From Candidatus Micrarchaeia archaeon (GTDB lineage Archaea; Micrarchaeota; Micrarchaeia; Micrarchaeales; CABMGC01), in the NCBI GenBank assembly GCA_049966395.1, contig JBMFUT010000005.1, positions 1-31,065 of the forward strand: a DNA stretch of 31,065 bases, in the 5' to 3' direction. The notes under the pieces were generated by a model. That model was not told where the DNA came from and made no database searches. It worked only from the letters and a program-made list of their open reading frames with translations. Below are positions 1 through 7,813 of the stretch, piece after piece (positions within the stretch are counted from its first letter, which is position 1; every line of letters begins with the position of its first letter). Both the position numbers and the translations under genes were made by a program.

Positions 1-1
1 C

Positions 2-1558
2 TTGCCCTATATAGTCAAGCTCGTTGTAATGCGAAAGCCAGGAGGGAGGCGGACCGGGCTTGTATTCCAGAGTCAGATTGCATTCCTTGATCATTGGTGA
101 GCGGTTGCTGATTACCAGCAGGCTGTTTGGAGCTATGGCAGAACATTGGAGAGGCAGCGCGTATATCGGGGTCTTGTACTTGTAGTATATCCCTATAGGT
201 ATGCTGAAATCGCCGTATATGGTTATGTTGTGGTTTGCATTGTACTGGGATATCAAAAAGTTACCAATATTTATGAGGGGATATGCGTACTTGTATTCTG
301 AATATGAGGCCGCCCTTATAATGATTATCGCGTTTACTAAAAGCACGGCTATGACAATAGCTAGGATAGCATATGCAGATGCCCTCAAGAGCCTGTGCCT
401 CCCTATTTTCTCTATCGCAGTGAAAAATCCGAAAGATATTATTAGCATCATGGAAGGCGCAAGAAGCAGCAGAAACCTTGGCCACGTTATAAGGAAGGAA
501 TATCTTTCTAAGCTTGCGGTGCCGAAGCTAAGGTAGAGGAGCACGAAGCCAAACCAGAAGAGAGGAATCGAAGACCTGCGCCTGGGTAATATTGCGAGCA
601 CTATTATGAAAAACGCCGCAACGTAGCCAAACAGCCCTAGGAAGTCGTAGTCAGGCTCCATATGCAAAGGTATTGAAGTTGCCGCCATAAGGATTGGCGT
701 TGCATTTGCATTTTCAAGGGCGCGGAGCCTGGCAGTTATGCTGTATGGGAAGAGAGCTATCATGTAACTGCTGAATGAATTATGGTTATTAACAAATGCG
801 TTGGCGTAAAAATTCGACGATGTCTGCACTAGGCTTAGAGGATTGCCCGTCTTTGCCGCGCCAAGTGTAACAATCAGCCACGCTGCTATAGAAATGCCTA
901 CAAGGAAGCATATCGTGTTTGCTTTTATATTGTTCTTTATTTTGCCTATGTTGATAAGGAATACAAACAGCACTACAGGAATTATTATCACTGTCTCTGA
1001 GGTAACCAAGAAAGAAGCTACGGAAAAGAAGCCCGCCAGCGCAAAGTACTTGCCTGAATTCTTGTTGCCTGACGCAGCTTTTATGGCAAGGAAAACCGAG
1101 AGCGCCGCAAAAAATGCCATAGGCACATTGTCGCCCACGCTGGAGCTTTCTATTACTGCAAGGGGCAGAAAAGAATAAAGAAAAGCTGCAAGCATTCCGG
1201 CCCTCGCAGAATAGAGCTCCTTTCCAATGAAGTATATCAGCACTATAGTCAATAGGAAGCAGAGCACTCCGAAAGCCGCGGCTGAAGCGGGGCTGTATCC
1301 AAATAGCAGGTAGAACAACGCTATTCCGCTTATGAGTATGTAGCGCTCGTCAAGAGGGCCCGTTATGTCGTTGAAATTGCCTGCGAGCAGATTGTGCGCA
1401 GAATCTGTATATAGATAGTTGTCTGATGTGTTTATTATGCTTGGACCGTGGAAAAAGGAAACACTTAGGGCAAGTCCTATTGCCAATGATAACAAAAGAA
1501 TTAAGGTGCCCCCAAGCCGCCTTCTTACATTTGCTGACTCCTTTTTGCCTGCCGCCAT
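2..1558 (-). CDS. GT-C membrane glycosyltransferase (family 39/ArnT/PMT-like), 3' end runs off the window
   Basis: Absent from the ORF track because no stop lies in the window. I read it manually from ATG 1558: MAAGKKES...LILLLSLAIGLALSVSFFHGPSIINTSDNYLY...LIYFIGKELYSARAGMLAAFLYSFLP...GDNVPMAFF. It has an acidic loop after TM1 and the typical 'YFIGKELY...AAFL..FLP' motif. The frame was open in the stretches checked (start, ~180-230, 2-55). Confidence 0.8.
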   Translation of the reverse strand, partial: MAAGKKESANVRRRLGGTLILLLSLAIGLALSVSFFHGPSIINTSDNYLYTDSAHNLLAGNFNDITGPLDERYILISGIALFYLLFGYSPASAAAFGVLCFLLTIVLIYFIGKELYSARAGMLAAFLYSFLPLAVIESSSVGDNVPMAFFAALSVFLAIKAASGNKNSGKYFALAGFFSVASFLVTSETVIIIPVVLFVFLINIGKIKNNIKANTICFLVGISIAAWLIVTLGAAKTGNPLSLVQTSSNFYANAFVNNHNSFSSYMIALFPYSITARLRALENANATPILMAATSIPLHMEPDYDFLGLFGYVAAFFIIVLAILPRRRSSIPLFWFGFVLLYLSFGTASLERYSFLITWPRFLLLLAPSMMLIISFGFFTAIEKIGRHRLLRASAYAILAIVIAVLLVNAIIIIRAASYSEYKYAYPLINIGNFLISQYNANHNITIYGDFSIPIGIYYKYKTPIYALPLQCSAIAPNSLLVISNRSPMIKECNLTLEYKPGPPPSWLSHYNELDYIGQ

Positions 1559-1559
1559 G

Positions 1560-1625
1560 AATGCATCTCAGAATTTATATTTTATGGCAAGAAATATATT
1601 TGAATAAGTCTAAGCATCTGATTTA
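1560..1625. promoter_or_regulatory. AT-rich divergent promoter region between the glycosyltransferase and the KH gene
   Basis: Short intergenic gap with TATA-like words on both strands (gaatttatatttt; gaaatatatttg) within ~30 nt of the two divergent ATGs. Confidence 0.4.
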
Positions 1626-2135
1626 ATGCAACATTTCTTGATACCTAGGGAAAGGGCTAAGCTTCTTAACGGCAAGCTCCTTGAAGAGCTTGAGAAGAGG
1701 CTCGGGTGCAGCATAAGGATCAGCGATGAGAATGCAGTGACCCTTGATGGCGACGCATACTTGGAATACAATGCAAAGGGAGTCATATTCGCGTTTGGTA
1801 GAGGTTTCGATGCAGAAACCTCATGCAAGCTTCTTGACGACGCCCATTTCCTGGAAGTTATAGATCTCAAGGAGAGAATAGGCGACGAATCTAGGAGGAA
1901 GCAAATAAAGGCAAGAATTATAGGAAGAGGCGGCGCCGCAAAGACATATATTGAAAAATTCAGCGGGACAAATATTAGCGTATATGGCGACACTGTTAGC
2001 ATAATAGGCGCCCTTGACGACATCAAAGTTGCAAAGGCGGCAATAAACGCCATTGCAGAAGGGAGCATGCACAGAAAGGCGTATACTCTCATGCAGATGG
2101 AAAAGGAGAAGCTTAGAAGAGAGAAGGGGGCATGA
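1626..2135 (+). CDS. KH-domain pre-rRNA processing protein (Dim2/Pno1/Krr1 family)
   Basis: Motifs 'AFGRGF' and 'KARIIGRGGAAKTYIEKFSGTNISVYGDTVSIIG', and C-terminal 'GSMHRKAY'. Located upstream of top6B, as in many archaea. Confidence 0.9.
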   Translation: MQHFLIPRERAKLLNGKLLEELEKRLGCSIRISDENAVTLDGDAYLEYNAKGVIFAFGRGFDAETSCKLLDDAHFLEVIDLKERIGDESRRKQIKARIIGRGGAAKTYIEKFSGTNISVYGDTVSIIGALDDIKVAKAAINAIAEGSMHRKAYTLMQMEKEKLRREKGA

Positions 2136-2136
2136 A

Positions 2137-3726
2137 ATGGAAGCAATAAGCGCGGATGACATATTCAAGGAGTTCAGGGAGCATTCAATAACGGAATTCT
2201 TCAGAAAGAACAGGCAGATGCTTGGCTATTCAGGCAAGGTAAGGTCACTCACGACCATAGTTCACGAATACGTGACAAATTCGCTTGATGCTTGTGAAGA
2301 GGCAAACATATTGCCCACAGTCAGGGTCGAGATAAAAGGGACCGGAGAAGATAGGTATTTGATAACAGTAAGGGACAACGGCCCAGGCATACCAAAGAGT
2401 ATAGTTGGCAAGGCGCTAGGCTCCATACTCACAGGCACAAAATTTCACAGGTATATGCAGCAGAGAGGACAGCAGGGGATAGGGGCTGCGGGGTGCACCC
2501 TCTTCGCTCAGATAACTACAGGAAAGCCAGTGCACGTTAAGGCAAATACTGGGAGGGAGGCCTACGAGGCAGACATTTCAGTGGACATAAAAACAAACAA
2601 GCCAATAGTAAGCAATACTGTAGCTCTTCGGCCTGAAGGAAGCACTTTCATGGAAATAAGCATGGAGGCGGCAGATGTAAAGCATGAGAACAGCGACCAC
2701 GGGGTATATGAATACCTTAGGCGCACGGCAATAGCCAACCCGCACGTTGAAATATCGCTTTTGGAACCAGACGGAAAGGAAAGCATTTTCCCAAGATCTT
2801 CAGAAAGCATACCTAAGAGGCCGAAGGAAATTAAGCCGCATCCACTAGGCTTAGAAGCAAGCGACCTGCTCGATTTCGCTCACCTCAGCGAAAACAAAAA
2901 GATATCTTCGTTCCTTGTGGAAACTTTCTCAAGAGTCACCCAGGATAAGGTTGCAGAGCTCAAGCAGATTGCAACCGATGTAGACTTTTCCAAGGAGCCG
3001 AAGAATATGACATGGAACGATGCAGAGAGCCTCGTCAAGGCCTTCAAGCAGCTCAGATGGATAGCACCAGATATGGATGCCCTTTCAACAATAGGCGAAG
3101 AAAGAATTGCAGCGGCAATAAAGAACATACTAAATCCGAAATTCGAGAAGGTAATAGAGAGAAAACCGAAAATATTTAGGGGAGGCATACCATTCGTTGT
3201 AGAAGCAGGCATCGCTTTTGGCGGGGGCGCCGGAAGGAAGGGCGAAGATGGAACATTAGGAGGCACTATAATGAGATTTGCAAACAGGGTGCCGCTGCTG
3301 TTTGACAGCGCCAATTGCGCGATAACAGAAGCAGTCAAGAGCATACAGTGGAAAAGGTATGGCATAGGCAATTTTGACGAGGAACCGGTAAGCGTATTTG
3401 TAAACGTGTCGTCTGTTTACGTGCCTTACGCTGGCGTCGGGAAGCAGGCAATAGCGGACGAAGACGAAATAGTTGAAGAAATAAAGCTTGCAGTAATGGA
3501 TGCTGCAAGAGGCGTCCAGGGCTACATAAGCAGCACGAGAAACATGCAGCTCCAGGAATCAAAATACAAGACAATAATGAGATATGCCGACCAGCTCTCC
3601 AGTGACCTCGCAGAATTGACAGGGGTGGACAGGGGCAAAATAGAAAAGGAGCTTAAGGCGCTGATAGAGAGCAAATACAAGAGGCTTTTTGAGGAAACAG
3701 AAAATCAAGTACAAGAAAGCAACTAG
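2137..3726 (+). CDS. top6B: DNA topoisomerase VI subunit B
   Basis: GHKL motifs HEYVTNSLDA, DNGPGI and GTKFH..QQRGQQGIG; transducer motifs RFANRVPLLFD and GVGKQAI. Start reassigned to ATG 2137, just after the KH stop. Confidence 0.97.
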   Translation: MEAISADDIFKEFREHSITEFFRKNRQMLGYSGKVRSLTTIVHEYVTNSLDACEEANILPTVRVEIKGTGEDRYLITVRDNGPGIPKSIVGKALGSILTGTKFHRYMQQRGQQGIGAAGCTLFAQITTGKPVHVKANTGREAYEADISVDIKTNKPIVSNTVALRPEGSTFMEISMEAADVKHENSDHGVYEYLRRTAIANPHVEISLLEPDGKESIFPRSSESIPKRPKEIKPHPLGLEASDLLDFAHLSENKKISSFLVETFSRVTQDKVAELKQIATDVDFSKEPKNMTWNDAESLVKAFKQLRWIAPDMDALSTIGEERIAAAIKNILNPKFEKVIERKPKIFRGGIPFVVEAGIAFGGGAGRKGEDGTLGGTIMRFANRVPLLFDSANCAITEAVKSIQWKRYGIGNFDEEPVSVFVNVSSVYVPYAGVGKQAIADEDEIVEEIKLAVMDAARGVQGYISSTRNMQLQESKYKTIMRYADQLSSDLAELTGVDRGKIEKELKALIESKYKRLFEETENQVQESN

Positions 3727-3728
3727 GC

Positions 3729-6122
3729 TTAGAAAAGCAGCTGGTCGAGCGCATTTGTGCTCACTAGCTTTATGTAACTGTAGCTTATTCCTATCTTCAG
3801 CATCTCCGCCTCTTCGCCATATGAAGAGTAGAGCTTCTCTAGGAAACTTTGCTTCGTCTCCTCATCTATGAAAACTATGAATGTCTTTATACCATTCACC
3901 AGGCGTATGCTCCTCATTCCGGATATGCTTGAGTATATTATAACGTGCGCCTGAACCCCGCTTTTGCTTATCACCGCGTCGGCTATGTCGCTGCTGTCCA
4001 TTTCTGTGAAAAGTATTGCGTGGGATATGCAGTAGTCGCGAAGCTTCCTAAATACCGCCAGGTATTCTATGTCGTGCTTTGAGCTTTCTATGAATTTCTT
4101 AGGCGCATAGTACCCGCCAGCCGTTTCCACTTCGCCCTGTGCAATAAGGTTGCTCATTATGAGGTTTGCATTTTGCAATGTAACGGCAATGGGCATGCCA
4201 TTGTACCTTATGTTGGAATCTATGCCGTTCTTTACTTCCTCTATCGACAAAGGCATGTTGCGCCAATGGTAATAGTAGTTTACCTTGTCGAATATGGCAA
4301 GGATGTCGTTCTTCCCCACGCTTACTGTTGATTTTTTCTGCGGCGGAAAGTCCGGGACGTCTATGTAGTATTCGTCCCTGTTCGGAGACTTGAGTATGAG
4401 GTTAAGCGCTATTACAACAATGCCTACTATTGCGAATTCTATGTAGAATGCAGGTATGTGGAAGACTTTTTTAATGTAGCTAGTAGAGTAAGAAAAACTT
4501 AGTCGGCTCATGTTTATTGTAAATACCTGGTTGCCGTAGTTGATTATTGCGCCTTTAGGAAGCGAATAGTATAGGTCTCCTCCGTAGAGCGTACCGCTTT
4601 GCTTATATGCACCGTTGAGGGTTATTGAATAGGTTGTGTTTGTAACCGGCGCGCCGTTGCTGTAAACAGAGAATATGAAGGTTCCGTTTGCAAAATTCAG
4701 CGCGACTGGCTTGACTTCTGGTGGCAGCACCTGGAAAACTGCACTGGAATAGTAGCGATTGTAGAAATCCCTAAGCAGCAGTATGTAGCGGCCTTCCGGA
4801 AGGTTGAAGGCGTAGTACTTAATCACGTTTATGTTTGAACTCGTGTTGAAAAATCCGATTGGTATTGACTCTATGTAGCTCATGTTGTCTGTGAAAAGGT
4901 CGAGATGCGGCACGACCAGGTGCTTTGATGAGGATGCTGTGCTCATGCCTATTGTCATTGCTGTCTGCTCTGCGAAGCCCAAAATGCTGGGCACGCTTAA
5001 TGTACCGTTAGCTGAATATTTGATCGAAAAAGGAATATTGTAGTAGTTAGTGAATGTGCTGTTTTGCGCCACTATAGACACCAGTGGGTAAGACATGTTT
5101 ATCTGCTGCTCTGAAATCTGCGAATTAGGCATTGTCTGGTTAAGCGTGAATATGCCAACATTACCGTTTGTAACGTTGGAAATGTTTTCGTATCCGAACG
5201 CCAAGCTAGGATTCCACACTTGAGAGTATATGACTTTTGCTATGTCGTGGGCAAGAGAAACTGGATTGCCCCAGCTTGCAGGCGTGCTTGGAAGCGCTAC
5301 AAGGGTGCCGTTGAAACGCGGTGGTACTCGATTGGCATATTTGTTGACATAGGTAAGCGGCCCATACATTGTACCGTTTATAAACTTGAAATTTGGAGAA
5401 GATATGCTTATGTTGAGCGGATTCGCCTTCTTGAGCTTAACGCTGCTGAAAGGCATGGTGCCGAGTCCGTACAAGTATAACTGGCTTAGTGTCTGCGGCG
5501 GATTCACAAATATGACGCCATTAGGACCTACTAGCCTGGAGAAATTTTCTCCTATGTAAACTATGGTGTCGCCTTCGTTTAGGAGGGTTTCTATTGGCAG
5601 CGTGCTGTTTGAAGACTGCATTAGCTGCGTTGGCATTAGCCCCGTAGCTATTATGACCATCGAGCCAGGAATTATGCTGCTGATGTTTTGTATGCCTATC
5701 ATCTGTATTCCGCTGAAAGAGCTGTTAAGCATATCGTAATAATAGATCTCGTTTGAGACATTGTCATACAGGCTCTGGGTCCCAAGGCATTGGTAGCACT
5801 CGCCGGTAGAGTTTAGAAAATAGATTTTTGGCATTGGATTGAACACGTACATTTTCAGACTGAAATTAGCTGATATTACGTTTTCGGTGGTGTAATTTAC
5901 AAGCGCGTAGCCAACAAGCTGCTGGCTGTTGTTGTAGGAAAGCACACCTTCTGAATTTACATACGCTGATATCGACATGGGTCCTGTGAACTTCGGAGCC
6001 GGTGTCTTTGGGATGTGGCTTATTACGCTTGAGACATAAAGGTAAAGAGAAAAGATGAGCAGTGCAATAACCGCTACTGCAAACAGTATAATGTATAGCA
6101 GTTTTCTGTTAGATTTGGCCAT
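3729..6122 (-). CDS. 797-aa membrane protein: N-terminal anchor, large sequon-rich extracellular region, second TM, cytoplasmic C-terminal domain
   Basis: Long ORF with hydrophobic segments at ~aa 8-30 and ~aa 558-578. N-x-S/T sequons are confined to the region between them. Last gene of the minus-strand cluster. Confidence 0.8.
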   Translation of the reverse strand: MAKSNRKLLYIILFAVAVIALLIFSLYLYVSSVISHIPKTPAPKFTGPMSISAYVNSEGVLSYNNSQQLVGYALVNYTTENVISANFSLKMYVFNPMPKIYFLNSTGECYQCLGTQSLYDNVSNEIYYYDMLNSSFSGIQMIGIQNISSIIPGSMVIIATGLMPTQLMQSSNSTLPIETLLNEGDTIVYIGENFSRLVGPNGVIFVNPPQTLSQLYLYGLGTMPFSSVKLKKANPLNISISSPNFKFINGTMYGPLTYVNKYANRVPPRFNGTLVALPSTPASWGNPVSLAHDIAKVIYSQVWNPSLAFGYENISNVTNGNVGIFTLNQTMPNSQISEQQINMSYPLVSIVAQNSTFTNYYNIPFSIKYSANGTLSVPSILGFAEQTAMTIGMSTASSSKHLVVPHLDLFTDNMSYIESIPIGFFNTSSNINVIKYYAFNLPEGRYILLLRDFYNRYYSSAVFQVLPPEVKPVALNFANGTFIFSVYSNGAPVTNTTYSITLNGAYKQSGTLYGGDLYYSLPKGAIINYGNQVFTINMSRLSFSYSTSYIKKVFHIPAFYIEFAIVGIVVIALNLILKSPNRDEYYIDVPDFPPQKKSTVSVGKNDILAIFDKVNYYYHWRNMPLSIEEVKNGIDSNIRYNGMPIAVTLQNANLIMSNLIAQGEVETAGGYYAPKKFIESSKHDIEYLAVFRKLRDYCISHAILFTEMDSSDIADAVISKSGVQAHVIIYSSISGMRSIRLVNGIKTFIVFIDEETKQSFLEKLYSSYGEEAEMLKIGISYSYIKLVSTNALDQLLF

Positions 6123-6136
6123 GTAACCATTTGCAC

Positions 6137-6289
6137 TTATATCTCTGACTTCTTCTCATTCAAAAATATCCTGTCTACCAATTTTTGGAACCATATTGAG
6201 AGCTTGTTGGTGTTCTCATTCACCCTTTTTACCACTCGGTAAACCTTTATGTTTTGGGTCCTCTTGTTTATGGTTGCGTAATATTTCAT
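6137..6289 (-). CDS. Small basic protein, 50 aa (MKYYATINKRTQNIKVYRVVKRVNENTNKLSIWFQKLVDRIFLNEKKSEI)
   Basis: Read manually. The ATG-to-TAA frame fills the gap between two same-strand genes, leaving 7-nt and 14-nt spacers. Confidence 0.6.
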   Translation of the reverse strand: MKYYATINKRTQNIKVYRVVKRVNENTNKLSIWFQKLVDRIFLNEKKSEI

Positions 6290-6296
6290 TGAAACA

Positions 6297-7019
6297 CTAG
6301 CTTTTCAATTCCAAATATCCCTGCGACACCATTTTGTTCAATATTTGCTCCACTCTCGGCGAAGGTATCTTGTAAGTCTTTGCAAATTCGTCTATGTCTA
6401 TGGTGCTGTTGTGGGCTATTATCCAGTCTTCGACCATTGCCATCAGCGATTCGTCTGAGAACGTCTGGAGGACTTTCAGTTCCTCCGAAAGCTTACTGTT
6501 TTCGTCCTTGAGCTGGGCAGCTTCTATGGTAAGGTTCCTGTTTGACGCTATAAGCTCGAGATTCTGCCTTTTGAGCTCCCTGTATTCGCTTACAAGCGCG
6601 TCGTACCTGTTGAAAAGCACGCTATAACTCTGCGAGAGGCTGTTGAGCACATCTTCTATTGCTGAATCGATGTACTGGAAGAACTTTGTTTCGTCCACAT
6701 GGAAATTCTCATTTATCATTGAAAGTATGGCTGCAACGTTCTTTATTACTGTCAGCTTCCTGAGTTTCTCGCTCGTGTCTGGCGCTATGGAGTATGTTAC
6801 TGTCATGCCCTCTTCCTTTATGGCCAGAATATAGAACAGGAATGGCTTTTTGTTTATGTCCCTGCTTTCTATCTTTGTCACTAGAAGCTCGTTGTTTTCA
6901 ATTTTGGCTGAGAAGAAAGGGGAATTGCTTATCTTAGACAGTATGTCTTCCAGCTTGCCAGTGATAGAGCCTGTTATTGCAAACTCTTCCACCTTAATAG
7001 AAGGGGTTTCCTCAGCCAT
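6297..7019 (-). CDS. 240-aa soluble protein with central coiled coil and C-terminal winged-helix-like domain
   Basis: Heptad stretch 'YDALVSEYRELKRQNLELIASNRNLTIEAAQLKDENSKLSEELKVL', followed by 'IDIDEFAKTYKIPSPRVEQILNKMVSQGYLE'. Confidence 0.8.
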   Translation of the reverse strand: MAEETPSIKVEEFAITGSITGKLEDILSKISNSPFFSAKIENNELLVTKIESRDINKKPFLFYILAIKEEGMTVTYSIAPDTSEKLRKLTVIKNVAAILSMINENFHVDETKFFQYIDSAIEDVLNSLSQSYSVLFNRYDALVSEYRELKRQNLELIASNRNLTIEAAQLKDENSKLSEELKVLQTFSDESLMAMVEDWIIAHNSTIDIDEFAKTYKIPSPRVEQILNKMVSQGYLELKS

Positions 7020-7037
7020 AGTATCAGATCAGTTGAC

Positions 7038-7052
7038 TGTTATTAAATATAC
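7038..7052 (-). promoter_or_regulatory. Putative internal TATA box for 7019-3729
   Basis: Minus-strand TTTAATA at 7047-7041, about 25 nt upstream of ATG 7019. This is typical spacing for a leaderless archaeal transcript. Confidence 0.4.
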
Positions 7053-7063
7053 CGCCAATGTTT

Positions 7064-7498
7064 TTATTTTATTGCTTTATCATTTGCTGCCTGGCTTTGT
7101 TTGGAATGCACTCGGCCTTTTGTTTCTTTTGGCGGAATGGCAAGATGCTGACCGAGCTTGATTTTGGGGATATAGCTCAACAGCGAGAGAAGATAGAGGA
7201 AAACAGCAACTATTACCGTCACAATGAAAGTTCCGATTCTTGGGGATATTACCGTTCCAGTGATTATGAAAAGTATTCCAAGTATTATGTATATTTTTTC
7301 CCTTTTCTCGAATCTCTTCCTGAGGATCTTGTACTTCGGGTAGCAGTCCTTGCATACTACTATCCTGTTGCGCTGCTCGTTCTTAGTGACGTTTCTTTTG
7401 AACCATCTTATCGCATCTATGACATAGTCGCTTTCTATTTCTATGCCATCCTTTTCCTGGCCGCAGATTATGCAGTAGCTCTTAGTTTTGTCAGCCAT
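7064..7498 (-). CDS. 144-aa membrane protein with N-terminal CxxC...CxxC zinc finger and two TM helices
   Basis: CIIC and CKDC pairs, then two hydrophobic helices and a basic tail. Co-oriented with the cluster. Confidence 0.75.
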   Translation of the reverse strand: MADKTKSYCIICGQEKDGIEIESDYVIDAIRWFKRNVTKNEQRNRIVVCKDCYPKYKILRKRFEKREKIYIILGILFIITGTVISPRIGTFIVTVIVAVFLYLLSLLSYIPKIKLGQHLAIPPKETKGRVHSKQSQAANDKAIK

Positions 7499-7508
7499 GG
7501 CAACATCC

Positions 7509-7805
7509 TCACGTTACGTTCACTTCGACGACCCTGCCATAAGAAGCATTTATCCTCTCTTCGTCGAGGGCATTGAGTATCTTTGTTATTGTAACATCAT
7601 CTATTCCGAGGCGCCTGAGGACGTTTTTGACGCTTTCCTGGCCTAAGCCGTATTTCTGCAGCATTCCAGCAAATGTCACTGCGTCAACGTGCCTATGCAT
7701 CTTGTTTATAGAAGCCTCAAGGGTGTCTATGTTCTTGTCGCTCATGCCGAGCATCGTCAGCATTTTCTTCAAGTCAAGCCTGTTTACTATAAATGTTTCT
7801 CCCAT
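7509..7805 (-). CDS. 98-aa protein paralogous to the C-terminal domain of the adjacent ATPase
   Basis: GGTG RBS upstream. Manual ungapped alignment to the ATPase C-terminus gives 23/74 identities. Confidence 0.8.
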   Translation of the reverse strand: MGETFIVNRLDLKKMLTMLGMSDKNIDTLEASINKMHRHVDAVTFAGMLQKYGLGQESVKNVLRRLGIDDVTITKILNALDEERINASYGRVVEVNVT

Positions 7806-7813
7806 TGTGACAC

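Noticed and set aside
201..1607. Plus-strand ORFs 201-536, 843-1178 and 1419-1607
   Set aside because: They are antisense shadows of the minus-strand glycosyltransferase. The same applies to the many short ORFs overlapping long genes elsewhere.
2053..2136. N-terminal extension of Top6B from the ORF track
   Set aside because: It overlaps the KH gene. ATG 2137 directly after the KH stop gives a normal Top6B N-terminus.
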